NCBI GenBank assembly: GCA_005223035.1
Contig: NJBK01000005.1
Coordinates: forward strand, 31,237 to 95,236
DNA: 64,000 bases
Direction of reading: 5' to 3'
DNA from: Chloroflexi bacterium B3_Chlor
GTDB taxonomy: Bacteria; Chloroflexota; Anaerolineae; UBA7937; B3-Chlor
The notes below the pieces were generated by a model. That model was given only the letters and a program-made list of their open reading frames with translations, was not told the origin of the DNA and ran no database searches. Positions 1 to 9,690 of this stretch are shown here, piece after piece; the first letter of the stretch is position 1; the number at the start of each line of letters is the position of its first letter. The translations under genes were made by a program, and so were the position numbers.

Positions 1-251
1 CGGTAATAGCCCAGGAGCGGATCGCGCGAGGCGGCGCCCAAGTGCGTTCTGCTCAAGGCATCGAAGTCCATCTGCCTGCCAGGGCAGAACCGATAACAAA
101 GGCCGCACTTTGTGCATTCTCCTTGCAGGAAAACCCTCCCGCCCTCAGCGGTGATAGCATCGGGCGGGCAAATGCTGGCGCAGGCGCCGCAGCCTGTACA
201 CACCCTCGCATCTATGTCGTGGAAACTGTGTGGGGCTTTGCTGGTCCTCAA
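1..251 (-). CDS. 4Fe-4S dicluster (ferredoxin-type) domain protein, N-terminal part only; the gene runs off the left edge
   Basis: Own minus-strand translation; the ORF is absent from the track because it leaves the window. Sequence: ..HDIDARVCTGCGACASICPPDAITAEGGRVFLQGECTKCGLCYRFCPGRQMDFDAL.. This contains two CxxCxxCxxxCP motifs. A tentative TTG start lies at 251, just downstream of the GT2 stop at 260. The layout resembles FrhB-like proteins seen in polysaccharide loci (from memory, unverified). Confidence 0.5.
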   Translation of the reverse strand, partial: MRTSKAPHSFHDIDARVCTGCGACASICPPDAITAEGGRVFLQGECTKCGLCYRFCPGRQMDFDALSRTHLGAASRDPLLGYY

Positions 252-259
252 GGTTCTGT

Positions 260-1117
260 CTATACCTTGCTTTTCTTCTGTATCATGTCCGCGATCATGG
301 CCACGACAGCGATCTGAAGGGCGGCCATGGTGAGCGTTACTACTGTGATGTCCATGACTCGACCCTGGGCAAGCAAGCTGTAGACCCCGACGCTGACTGC
401 CAACAGGAGCAAGAGGAAGCTGATTGGAAGTAGGACCTTCAGAGGATTGAAGTACATGATCGTGCGCAGTATGAGCTGCACAAAGCTGAGGGTATCTTGT
501 ATGGGGTTGATCTTGGATCTGCCCGCTCGCTTGTGATACTGAATCGGCACGAACTTGACGAGAAAGTGATCGCTCAGGAATGCGATGGTGATGGTGATGG
601 TGAGGGAGAACCTGGAGGGCAGGATATTGAAATAGCTGAGGGCGACATCTTTTCTGAAGATCCGTAGACCGGAGTTCAGGTCCGGTATGCTAGTCTCGGC
701 GAGATACTCGGCCAGCCTGGCAATGAACCACTTGGCCGGCCTCCTCACGAGTGGGACATCTGCGCCCGTTCTGGCACCAATGACCATATCATACTCATCG
801 CTTTCCTCAACGAGCACCGGTATGGCGCTGGGAGGGTAGGTGCCATCGGCATCGATGATGGCTATCCAGTCGTGATTTGCCTGGCGGATGCCGGTCTTGA
901 TGGCAGCGCCGTACCCTCTATTGCTGTGATGCTGCACCAGCCGCACACCTTGTTGCTGTCGAACCAGCTCGGCAGTCGCGTCGGTGGAACCATCATCTAC
1001 TACGATGATTTCATATGGCAAGTTTTGCTGGTTCATCACCCTGTTGAGCTGGGTCAAGGTGTTCCCTATGCCTTTTTCCTCGTTAAAGGCGGGGATGACG
1101 ATGCTGACCGGCGGCAT
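260..1117 (-). CDS. Family-2 glycosyltransferase, polyprenyl-phosphate sugar synthase type (DPM1/GtrB-like) with C-terminal TM helices
   Basis: N-terminus VSIVIPAFNEEKGI, then IIVVDDGSTD and AIIDADGTYP (DxD). The C-terminus is hydrophobic. GGAGG lies 6 nt upstream of the ATG. Confidence 0.85.
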   Translation of the reverse strand: MPPVSIVIPAFNEEKGIGNTLTQLNRVMNQQNLPYEIIVVDDGSTDATAELVRQQQGVRLVQHHSNRGYGAAIKTGIRQANHDWIAIIDADGTYPPSAIPVLVEESDEYDMVIGARTGADVPLVRRPAKWFIARLAEYLAETSIPDLNSGLRIFRKDVALSYFNILPSRFSLTITITIAFLSDHFLVKFVPIQYHKRAGRSKINPIQDTLSFVQLILRTIMYFNPLKVLLPISFLLLLLAVSVGVYSLLAQGRVMDITVVTLTMAALQIAVVAMIADMIQKKSKV

Positions 1118-1248
1118 GCTGCACCTCCTCGCATTTCATCATGTGGTTGGGTTTCTCGGCGGCTCTGCAAGATGGCACGTCTGCGCCCTGGGGCCTCGGC
1201 GAGGCAGGCTCAAGGTAAGTCGATATGAAACGCTTGTTGGTCGAAACA

Positions 1249-3273
1249 TCAATAGACTATCTCATATATCCCATACAATCCGGGGTCAACATATACAGGT
1301 TGTAGATATCGTTCCACGAATTCGTCGAAGAGTCGGCGGTGCTCTGCACTGAATGGGGAGCTATCGCTTTGCAGACTCAGCCACCGCTCATTGATCAGTA
1401 TGTGCGACGTTTCTTCGCGTTGCAAGGCTTTCGCTATCCCATAGAGGTCTCCGTACTCCGACGCTAGTTGGGAGAAGTTGTCGAACACCACGTCGGGCTT
1501 GCAGCGATCTTCGCAATAGTAGCTACGAGGTTCCCAAAAGAAGAGTACCTGCGTTGATGCCGGTAGGTTGGCATTGATGTAGTCGAGGGCCTCATAGTGT
1601 CCGTCAGGCAGGTGTCTCCTGAGGAAGCTCTCTCTGCTTTCCATACCCGCTATGAACCGCAAGGGATCGTGGGCCAGGAACACCAGGCACTGAGAGACTA
1701 CGTTGGCTGACAGGCCAAGACCAAGGGCCATGAGGATGAACCGTTGCAGTGAGAAGGCCTTGCGATCTAGCTGGCTCAGGCTTTCCACTACGTACGCGGT
1801 CAAGATGCTTAGAGGTGCGAAGCACGGTAATAGTATCCTGGTACGCAGAACAAAGGTCGAATAGGTCGCAGCTCCGGCCGCTATCCACAGGACGTAGGTC
1901 GTCAGCGCAAAGATGCTGAGCGGCACCAGCATTCGGTGATTCCTGCGGACGAAAAGGATCAGGGGGAGCAGTCCCAGAAAGTAGGGAGAGATGGTGGCGT
2001 CGAAGGCCTCGGTGCCTTGTGTGCCTAGGACCGTAATGTCCCAAGGCAGGACGAGTAAGCCCAGTGGAGACATCCTCATCCCAATGGAGGTCAGCCATTC
2101 GTTCCTGAGATCATTCCAGTTGCGGCCACCGAAGAAGTATGGGTACACAGGGTTCCCTGTGTAGGCGGCGTTCTTGCAGTACCAGGGACCCGCAACCAGT
2201 AGTCCGATGAGCACTAATGCCAGAAGAGCTGCGACATGTTGCCGGTAGTGGGTTCGCTGCTTGACCAGTCTGAATAACACCAATCCTGAAGAAACTACCA
2301 GGACTGTCACGCCAGTGTACTTGACGGACATTGCCATTCCGCTGAGAATCCCTGCGAGGAATAGCCATCGCCTTTCTGTGCGGGCATCGAGCCAGTTCAT
2401 CAGGGCGAAGAATGCCATGAACATGTAGAACGCCAGCGCCAAATCGACGTATGCCCAGGTGGCAATTGTGACCGCAGTAGGGATCGATGCAAACAACGCG
2501 GATGCCAGAAGAGGCACTTGGCCAGTGAAGTGCTTGCTGGAAAACGAGTAGATGGCGAGGGCTGTGAGGGCTCCGTAGGTCAGATGGATGAGGTGTGCTA
2601 GAATGTCACCTTTCAGAAGGATCGAGCAGGTGAACAGCATCTCCGTGAGAGCAGGGAAGTTAAGGTGGAAGTTGTCTGGCACCCACACCACGCGGCCTTC
2701 ATTGGCGTACGTCTTTGGTCCTGCCAAATGATAGACCAAAGCGTCCCATTCGGCTGGAGGAGTGAGAGCCGAGACGAGAGCGAAGAGGAAGGTCAGGCAC
2801 AGAAAGCTTGCGAGGAGGAGGGAGAGCTTGGAAGCCCGCTTCCATTTCCATGCTTGCCTGATGTCGCGCAGAATCGCCCTTATGTCCCTCACGTGGATTG
2901 CCAAGAGCAGCACGAAGAGGGTCCAGAATACCCAGCGGTTGAGCATCCCAATCATACCTAGGAGGAATGTGCCAAGAGAGAGTATCCCTAGACCAAGACC
3001 TATACTGAAAAGGAGTTCTTCCAGAGGAGGAGTCTGTGCACCACGTCCCAGGAAACGCCTGCCCAAGGCCGCAGCGAGGAGCAGGAGCGTTGTCCATATC
3101 GCAAGGTCAGCGGCACGGTCCAGGACAGCCAAGACGATCGAGGCCGTGAACGGTTTGTGGACCGTGTAGTAGCCCAGGTACACGGCAAATGTCCAGAGTA
3201 TGGATAGCACGACAACCAGCAACCACTTTGCGGGCCGGCCCTTCACTGGTCTCCGTCCATCATCTTCTCTCAT
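1249..3273 (-). CDS. Polytopic membrane protein, GT-C-fold glycosyltransferase-like (PMT/ArnT-like), 674 aa
   Basis: More than 10 predicted TM segments. An acidic loop motif PPAEWDALVYHL follows the early TMs. A soluble C-terminal domain of about 150 aa follows. Confidence 0.6.
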   Translation of the reverse strand: MREDDGRRPVKGRPAKWLLVVVLSILWTFAVYLGYYTVHKPFTASIVLAVLDRAADLAIWTTLLLLAAALGRRFLGRGAQTPPLEELLFSIGLGLGILSLGTFLLGMIGMLNRWVFWTLFVLLLAIHVRDIRAILRDIRQAWKWKRASKLSLLLASFLCLTFLFALVSALTPPAEWDALVYHLAGPKTYANEGRVVWVPDNFHLNFPALTEMLFTCSILLKGDILAHLIHLTYGALTALAIYSFSSKHFTGQVPLLASALFASIPTAVTIATWAYVDLALAFYMFMAFFALMNWLDARTERRWLFLAGILSGMAMSVKYTGVTVLVVSSGLVLFRLVKQRTHYRQHVAALLALVLIGLLVAGPWYCKNAAYTGNPVYPYFFGGRNWNDLRNEWLTSIGMRMSPLGLLVLPWDITVLGTQGTEAFDATISPYFLGLLPLILFVRRNHRMLVPLSIFALTTYVLWIAAGAATYSTFVLRTRILLPCFAPLSILTAYVVESLSQLDRKAFSLQRFILMALGLGLSANVVSQCLVFLAHDPLRFIAGMESRESFLRRHLPDGHYEALDYINANLPASTQVLFFWEPRSYYCEDRCKPDVVFDNFSQLASEYGDLYGIAKALQREETSHILINERWLSLQSDSSPFSAEHRRLFDEFVERYLQPVYVDPGLYGIYEIVY

Positions 3274-3307
3274 GTCTACTCGAGCCTCAATCGTCGGTCA
3301 CCAAAGA

Positions 3308-4606
3308 CTAGCCTGTCTTCTCGCGCGGTGAGCACACTTGACCCATAGGGATGCTAGATGCCCCATCGGTCCGTCTCTGGCTCCACCACAGCATCGCCAG
3401 AGTGACCAGAGGCAGCGGAGCGGCCATGATGGCGTGTTCGCCATTTCGCTGCCAAAAGGTTGACAGAAAGAGTACCCACGGTCCGAGAGCTAGGATCAGA
3501 GGCAATGATATGGCAGCCAACCGATTCCTGCCCCACCGGCGAAGCAAATACGCAAGCGGTAGAAGCAGCAGCACCTGGTTGGTAGTGCCGGTCTGAACAG
3601 GAACAAGAAGGCTCACGATGATGGTTATGAAGAGGGCTCGACAAGCATCAGCGTGGCTCCTGAACATCTGGATCCATACGTAGAGAAGATACCCGACTAG
3701 TGCAAGGGAGGCGAGCAATGTGGCCCAGGAGGAAAGTTGAGTGGGAAGTAGATAGCTGACGACGACTCCCAGGGGCGATCTACCTTCCCTGTAGATACTG
3801 GTATAGGCCTGATACCGGCTCAGGCCAGTGACGAAGGACGCAAGCCAGGTGGGCAGTACAAGGGAACTGAGGACAAGCAGGATCGCCATGACAGTTAGGA
3901 AACTGGCCAGCATCTTGTACCTTCTCCATCTCAGCCACGTGAGGAGGAGGAAGGGAATGATCAAGAAGACCATTTGGGGCTTGACGGTGGCCAGCGCCAA
4001 GGAGCATCCGGCGAGGAAAGGGTGCCCTCTCTCCATAGCCCACAGGGCTAAGGCCAGCAGGGCTAGGACGATTATGCTGAACTGCCCTAGAATTATGCTA
4101 CGAGCGGTCGGATAGAAGAACAGGCACCATAGGGATAGCATGACGAGCCCGGCGAGAGAGAGTTCCCACTCAAGCGCGTGCAAGATGACGATTACTGTGG
4201 CTAAGACGGAGAGAATCAAGGCGCTCAGCCAAAGAGCTTGCGCCTGCGGGTATGAGAAGAGGGAAAAAGGCAGGACGAAAAGAGAGACATAAAGGGGGTA
4301 GGCGAAGGCCACCTGATCCTCGTCGTCTCTGGCCAGTCGTCCGTACATACCCATTTGTATCTCAAGAGTTACCTCGTCCGAGTAGGGATCTTTTCCCTCC
4401 ATAATCAGGGATCTCGTTCCCCTCCAACGAGGATAGAAATCGTTTCCGCCGGGGATCTGAGAAGTGAAGACCGAATAGGCTGCGTAGGCGAGGAGGAGAT
4501 AGACGACGGCAATGAAGGGTATGACCCGAACTGCTGCGCCCAACCCCACAACAAGGTTCTTTGGAAAAACCTGGTCCATACTCATCTCCAGCCGCTTGAT
4601 GCTCAC
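3308..4606 (-). CDS. Polytopic membrane protein, GT87/DUF2029-like glycosyltransferase
   Basis: 432 aa and multi-TM. The N-terminal loop GGNDFYPRWRGTRSLIMEGKDPY resembles the DUF2029/GT87 signature (from memory). The ORF start is GTG at 4606. An ATG at 4579 has a better GGAG spacing. Confidence 0.5.
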   Translation of the reverse strand: MSIKRLEMSMDQVFPKNLVVGLGAAVRVIPFIAVVYLLLAYAAYSVFTSQIPGGNDFYPRWRGTRSLIMEGKDPYSDEVTLEIQMGMYGRLARDDEDQVAFAYPLYVSLFVLPFSLFSYPQAQALWLSALILSVLATVIVILHALEWELSLAGLVMLSLWCLFFYPTARSIILGQFSIIVLALLALALWAMERGHPFLAGCSLALATVKPQMVFLIIPFLLLTWLRWRRYKMLASFLTVMAILLVLSSLVLPTWLASFVTGLSRYQAYTSIYREGRSPLGVVVSYLLPTQLSSWATLLASLALVGYLLYVWIQMFRSHADACRALFITIIVSLLVPVQTGTTNQVLLLLPLAYLLRRWGRNRLAAISLPLILALGPWVLFLSTFWQRNGEHAIMAAPLPLVTLAMLWWSQRRTDGASSIPMGQVCSPREKTG

Positions 4607-4608
4607 CG

Positions 4609-5184
4609 CTATCGATAGGCCATCATCTCGAAAGTCCCTCGTCCAACTGCCTTCGAAATGAGGGTTCGTGGAACGCGGCTAGCAACCCGCACGAGTCGCC
4701 AACTCGCTGCGATTGGCCCGCCTGTCGGTACGCCCTGGCACAGAGGAGCTGTGAGTTGACCGGTATCCCTGCTAGCCGGCTTTCTTCGATACGTCGCTTG
4801 GGTCCTGTCAAATCGTAGTGCAGATCTGGGATGAAGTACCAGAAGCACCACGAAGAGTGCCCAAGACAACCAGTGCACGAGGATCCCAGTCGTGCCCAGG
4901 AGAGGGGCGCCAAATGACAGTACCCCGACACCCAGCCCGACACTGAATACCAACTCCTCCGCGGAGGGAGCCGCCAAGGTACTTCGAAGCACACGTCTTC
5001 CCGGTGCACCTGCCAAGAGCAGTAGGGTCATCCATATGGCTAGGTTAGCCGGTCGGTCGAGGGCAGCTGGGACAAAGGAGCCCGCAAAGGGTTCATGGAT
5101 GACATGATACCATCGGTACACGGCAAATGCCCAGAGTACCACGGAGGAGACGACCAACATCCACTTCAGGCGGCTCTCATTCAT
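4609..5184 (-). pseudogene. Truncated paralog of the N-terminus of the 1249-3273 GT-C protein (an intact 191-codon ORF, but only the first ~135 aa are homologous)
   Basis: Hand alignment KWMLVVSSVVLWAFAVY.. against KWLLVVVLSILWTFAVY.. gives 63/112 identical residues with no gaps. The C-terminal ~55 aa are Arg-rich and non-membrane. The start overlaps the upstream stop (ATGA). Confidence 0.5.
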
Positions 5185-7610
5185 ATCCGTGTGCTACTTC
5201 TCTGTTTCCATACGTGGACCAAATCAAGCTTGTCTAACACTGGTTGAAAGTGGGGGAGCCGTTCCAGGAGCATTAAGTATATTGCACGCGCTTGAGCTGT
5301 GGCATCGGCTTCCTCGTACATCTCCGCCAGTTGCATGTAGTCGTCTACCAGGGTCGCTGTGAGTCCCACGTCCGGCAGTTGTGGCAGACGGCTTTGATAT
5401 ATGCCCTCGCGACGATAGACGGCGGGGCCGTAGAAGTCGGAATAAAGCGGTTGGGTCAGGCCAGTTTCGAATTCCGCTATCGCTTGCGCCAAGTCTCCCC
5501 GTTCGTAGGCCAATCGTCCCAGCGCCAAATGAGGTTCTCTACTGTCTCCCAAGAAGATGGCAACCCGGAGGCTGTATGTCCCCGTTTCCCCATCTCCCAG
5601 TGCCAGATAGGCGAGTCCGAGGCCGGTGTGGGCCCTTTTGTTGCCCGGGTGAGTTTCCAATACGCTTTCGAAGTATGCTATTGCCTCTCTGTATCGCCCT
5701 TCTTGGTAAGCTAGCTCGCCCCGCGCTAGGGATGAGGAAGGCGAGCTACTCGCGGCTTTGCTGCGGCAGTCGGCAATGAATTCCTGCCGCAATTCGGACT
5801 CCTCCCAGAAGAGGTCAGTTATCAAGGATGGACTAAGCTCAATAGCGGTCTCATAGAGTCGAACCGCATCAACATCAGAGCCAAGTTGTTCATAATAGCT
5901 GCCGAGCTGTATGACATAATCGGGGGCAGCGGGTGCCAACTCAATAGCCTGCCGGACGGATTCGATGGCAACATCTGGTTGCCCGTCTTGCCAATAGAGG
6001 GCTGCCAGGTTGGCATGATTCAGGGAATAGTAGGGCTCCTGGCTCAGGCCAACCTCATACTCCTCAATAGCCCGATCTAGGTTGGGAGAGGCTTCCCTCG
6101 AAGCAAGGTGTCCGTACGCAAATCCAAGTTGGAGGTGGTAGAAGGGGAAAGCGGGGTCCAGGTCGGTGGCATGCTCAATGAACTGCGCCCCCGCTTCCCA
6201 TTCCCCGTCGGTAGCCAAGTTAGCCCCTCTTGAGAAGTGGAAGTAGCCAATGTCTGTCCAGAACATGACTACCAGCAAGATCAAGATCGGTCCGATGAGC
6301 CAGCGACAAGGTATGGTGCGGCGTAGGCGTACCGCCCGGCGCTCACCCTCACCCGAAGCAACCGCGACCAGCAAGACGAGAGTAATCATCAAAAAGGGGA
6401 AGCTTAGAAAGTCTTCCACCATTCCATGGGCCAGGGACCCAACTAGGCTCGCGAGGCAAGCGCTGACTAGCAACCGCTGGTTCTGGCTAGCCCTGAGCCA
6501 CCGGCGTCGTAGGCTGACGATCACGGATCCCGACAGCCACACACTCGCTAGCAGTCCCAGCATCCCTGACTCAGCCAATATCGTCAGGACAAGGTTGTGA
6601 GCTTTCTCCACAGGCCTACGAAGACCAACACGGCTATAGCGCAGGAATTGAGTTCCATACGTCCACAGGCCCGTGCCGGTGACAGGGCGGTCGAGAAAGG
6701 CACTCCATCCGCTCCGCCACATGAGCATGCGTTCCTCCACAGAGCCACGGCGTGAGGGGTGGGTCAGCAGACGATATCCTGCTAAGCATATGAGCAGAGC
6801 CGCGATCAACGTCGCCGAGATCAGAAATCCAGTCAGGATGTTGCTCCGCTGCAATCGCTTGCTCAGTGCTACGATAAGCGGCCGCGAGCGATGTTGCAGA
6901 GTGAGCATAGTTGCCAGCGTCACCGTGGCAGCAAACAGCCCCAGCCAGCCTCCCCTCGACAAAGTAAGGAACTGAACCACCAGCGCCAGCAGCAGCCAAC
7001 TCGTAAGCACCAGACGAGTGAGGCGCCGCTTGGTTCCCACAGCCGCTACCACGGCAAAGGGGATCAGCAGATTCACAAATCCAGCCAAGGGGTTAGGGCC
7101 CAGGGTCCTGGCAACGCGAAACGAAGAGGGGGGTATAGGATGAGCGAGTCCCACAGTGGCAAGCCAGTTAACGTACCATTCCAGCGCTTCCAGCGCTGCC
7201 AGCAAGCAGGCGATGCCAACCACCACCAAGAGAGATTTCACGAATAGGTCGGCTGGCCATCCCCGTCGCAGCAAATCGATCACCATGTAGAATAGAATAG
7301 CGTACATGAAAGCCCAGAAAAGGCCCTCTAGGCTCAGGCGCGGTATGTCAGAGAACAACGTAGCCACTAAATGGACGGCAAGAAGTCCCGAAATCGGAAT
7401 GTCTAGAGACGTAGGAGGCAGGTCTTCTTTGGCCAAGGCCTTTTTTCCCAGCCAAATGATGACGATGATAGCAGCTAGAACATGGGTGAAGAACCGGCTT
7501 TCGAAAACCACGACGCCCGTGTAGCCGCCCCCTATCAGGGTGAAGTAACTGAGAAGCAAGATCAGGGCGGTCTCCTTAGTGAGATATGACAATGAAGGAG
7601 AGGATCTCAT
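5181..7610 (-). CDS. O-antigen ligase (Wzy_C) domain membrane protein fused to C-terminal TPR repeats, 809 aa
   Basis: Multi-TM N-terminal half carrying LSRGGWLGLFAA and KAHNLVLTILAESGMLGL (Wzy_C-like). The C-terminal ~350 aa have TPR-like A/Y/L periodicity (AIELAPAAPDY.., AIAYFESVLETHPGN..). Confidence 0.7.
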   Translation of the reverse strand: MRSSPSLSYLTKETALILLLSYFTLIGGGYTGVVVFESRFFTHVLAAIIVIIWLGKKALAKEDLPPTSLDIPISGLLAVHLVATLFSDIPRLSLEGLFWAFMYAILFYMVIDLLRRGWPADLFVKSLLVVVGIACLLAALEALEWYVNWLATVGLAHPIPPSSFRVARTLGPNPLAGFVNLLIPFAVVAAVGTKRRLTRLVLTSWLLLALVVQFLTLSRGGWLGLFAATVTLATMLTLQHRSRPLIVALSKRLQRSNILTGFLISATLIAALLICLAGYRLLTHPSRRGSVEERMLMWRSGWSAFLDRPVTGTGLWTYGTQFLRYSRVGLRRPVEKAHNLVLTILAESGMLGLLASVWLSGSVIVSLRRRWLRASQNQRLLVSACLASLVGSLAHGMVEDFLSFPFLMITLVLLVAVASGEGERRAVRLRRTIPCRWLIGPILILLVVMFWTDIGYFHFSRGANLATDGEWEAGAQFIEHATDLDPAFPFYHLQLGFAYGHLASREASPNLDRAIEEYEVGLSQEPYYSLNHANLAALYWQDGQPDVAIESVRQAIELAPAAPDYVIQLGSYYEQLGSDVDAVRLYETAIELSPSLITDLFWEESELRQEFIADCRSKAASSSPSSSLARGELAYQEGRYREAIAYFESVLETHPGNKRAHTGLGLAYLALGDGETGTYSLRVAIFLGDSREPHLALGRLAYERGDLAQAIAEFETGLTQPLYSDFYGPAVYRREGIYQSRLPQLPDVGLTATLVDDYMQLAEMYEEADATAQARAIYLMLLERLPHFQPVLDKLDLVHVWKQRSSTRI

Positions 7611-7789
7611 GGTTTCAGCTCGGCCTTCTCTCGGCGCGTAAGGAATCCCTAATGCGTCCCCTCACTGGCGTGAACGCTGGCGGGAGCAGCCCACATCACT
7701 TGGAGTGGGCGGCGTCTGCATTCCCCGTACAGCATTGCGTGGGGCAAGGAAGCTCTTGTAGATCTCAGCTCACATCTGAGGCGCCTCTT

Positions 7790-7811
7790 GGGGTGCCAGA
7801 TATGGCACCCC
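7790..7811. other. Perfect 9-bp GC-rich hairpin (GGGGTGCCA-GATA-TGGCACCCC) inside a 556-nt non-coding gap
   Basis: Read directly from the sequence. No U-tract follows on the minus strand. On the plus strand TTTTT lies about 15 nt downstream. Confidence 0.5.
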
Positions 7812-8092
7812 AGGGACCGCCCAACCTTTTTCGATCCATTGACAGTCGTCGCCCGCGAAGCCCTGCCGTACGTTGTTTGACGCTTGCCGCCAAGGTCGGG
7901 CACCTCAACGGCGGATGAACCGCATGAATTGGGACATCTCCACTCACTAGCCTCCCACAGGTTCTCCAGGCAGGGAGGGCTCCTGAATACGGCCTCGTTC
8001 CAACGCGCCCCCAAGAAGCTGTTTGAAACACCGGGCAACCGGAAATGTGCCGACATCGTTGAAAGACTTGCGAGCTCCATTCTTTATACTTC

Positions 8093-8121
8093 ATTATACT
8101 GGGGCGAAGTCCACGAGTCAA
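8093..8121 (-). promoter_or_regulatory. Near-consensus sigma70-type promoter TTGACT-17 nt-TATAAT
   Basis: The -35 is at 8121..8116 and the -10 at 8098..8093 on the minus strand, with a 17-nt spacer. It fires into the 7611-8085 gap and toward the 5181-7610 gene. Confidence 0.55.
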
Positions 8122-8166
8122 TAGTACGTAATTCCCACACGCCTATCATCGACCAGGCCGCAGCTG

Positions 8167-9690
8167 TCATTCGGTATCGTACAAGGAGAGATAGACGCCG
8201 TTGTACACTCTTTCTTCAAGCGGCTGGTAGTTCTGAAGCAGCCAGGCCCTCACTGCGTCTTTTTCCGCCATTGCCATCAGCCGTTGGCGAGCTCCCCGTA
8301 CGAAGCGGTGAGGATCTGTATTCTCGCAGACGATCATGGTCCAAACCCTTCCAGCTTCGCTGAGGCGGGTAGACAGATGGGTGTCCAGGAAGGTCTCGTA
8401 TTCCTGGGCAGACTCCAAGTAGGGCACTGTGTACCAAGGTACCTCCCGCAAGTCATAGTAGTACAGCGGCACATAATGATGAGGACGAACGAGCAAGATA
8501 TCCCCGCTCCGAGCGTTCTCCCTGATCTCGGTTATCGCCTGGCGCCAATCATCACGGTGATACGTTTGGTCGAGAAACAGGGAACAGGTTGACGCACCAA
8601 TGGGTATCAGCAAGGCTATTGCGGTTAGGGTGCCAAGAGTCCTTTTCCTCTCGAAGATTTGTGCTATCCCATATCCGACCAGGATCAGAAAAGCAGGCAG
8701 TAAGGGGATAAGAAAGCGATCCATGTAGATTGATCGTTTCTGGGGCAAGGGCCAGTCCAACGATATCAGGAAGACGAAGATGAGGGGCAATGACAGCCAG
8801 AACCAGACAAAGCATAGCATGTTGCGCTGCTGTAACGCGATCTTGCCCACGAGCAAGCGGACTGAGACGTAGACCAGGATTGCCGTCATCAACAAGGCGG
8901 CGAGGATATTGAAAGGGTTGCCGTTGTCCGAAGTAGAGCCCAACCCGAAGTCATAAACTGTCCAGAATAGGTCGTCCGGCGCGACCGACCGAATCCAGGA
9001 TATGCTAGCCTGATAGAAACCTCCGGTCAGGAAGATGGCGATGAACCAGGGCGCACTCAACAAGCCCACAATCAACATGCACAGGAGCCATTTGCGTAGC
9101 AGTCCTCGGTATCTCTGTCGCATTACTGTAAGGTAGGTCATCTGCGCCAGTATGATGAAGAGGGTTAGATAGTGGGTGTGCATCGCTAGCAGCATGGAGA
9201 TGCTGTATCCCAGCCAGTTGGCCAGATTACCCCTTCGCAGAAGCCGAGCAAAGAAGTAGTTGCCGAGCAATACGAGAAGGACAATGAGGGAGTACATCCT
9301 GGCTTCTTGAGAGTACCAGATGTGCAACGGAGATATTGCCAGAGCGAAAGCGCTGATCACTCCCAGCCGCCTCTTGCCGACGACATCAGCCATGGGAAAC
9401 ATAGACGCCACGGCCAGGACGCCGACGAAGGCGGAGAGAGCGCGTACCACGAACTCACTTTGACCCAGGATCAGCCAGAAGCGCAAGACTAAGTAGTAGA
9501 GCGGGGGATGAACACGGTCGCCAAGCACAGTTACGAGCAACGAGTGCAAGTCCATGCTGCTGACCGTGGTCGAGAAAGCCTCATCCCACCACAGGCTTTG
9601 TGCATCCAGGTAGGCTATTCGCAAGAGAAAAGCGAGAGTCAATATGGGCAACATCCAGCGATAGTGCTCAGGCCAACCACGGCTCTTCAC
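8167..9690 (-). CDS. GT-C glycosyltransferase, family 39/PMT_2-like (ArnT-like) membrane protein
   Basis: N-terminus ..LLRIAYLDAQSLWWDEAFS..HPPLYYLVLRFW, typical of GT39/PMT_2 proteins. Multi-TM with a soluble C-terminus. The GTG start overlaps the upstream stop (GTGA). Confidence 0.7.
   Translation of the reverse strand: MKSRGWPEHYRWMLPILTLAFLLRIAYLDAQSLWWDEAFSTTVSSMDLHSLLVTVLGDRVHPPLYYLVLRFWLILGQSEFVVRALSAFVGVLAVASMFPMADVVGKRRLGVISAFALAISPLHIWYSQEARMYSLIVLLVLLGNYFFARLLRRGNLANWLGYSISMLLAMHTHYLTLFIILAQMTYLTVMRQRYRGLLRKWLLCMLIVGLLSAPWFIAIFLTGGFYQASISWIRSVAPDDLFWTVYDFGLGSTSDNGNPFNILAALLMTAILVYVSVRLLVGKIALQQRNMLCFVWFWLSLPLIFVFLISLDWPLPQKRSIYMDRFLIPLLPAFLILVGYGIAQIFERKRTLGTLTAIALLIPIGASTCSLFLDQTYHRDDWRQAITEIRENARSGDILLVRPHHYVPLYYYDLREVPWYTVPYLESAQEYETFLDTHLSTRLSEAGRVWTMIVCENTDPHRFVRGARQRLMAMAEKDAVRAWLLQNYQPLEERVYNGVYLSLYDTE

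Noticed and set aside
7649-8080. A 143-aa ORF on the minus strand that starts 13 nt after the TATAAT box. The overlapping ORFs 7765-8121, 7586-7918 and 7884-8363 fall in the same gap.
   Set aside because: The compositions are Arg/Cys/Ser/Trp-rich with no hydrophobic core pattern, no SD and no recognisable motif. That is typical of random frames in GC-rich non-coding DNA. The region is kept as non-coding in the findings.
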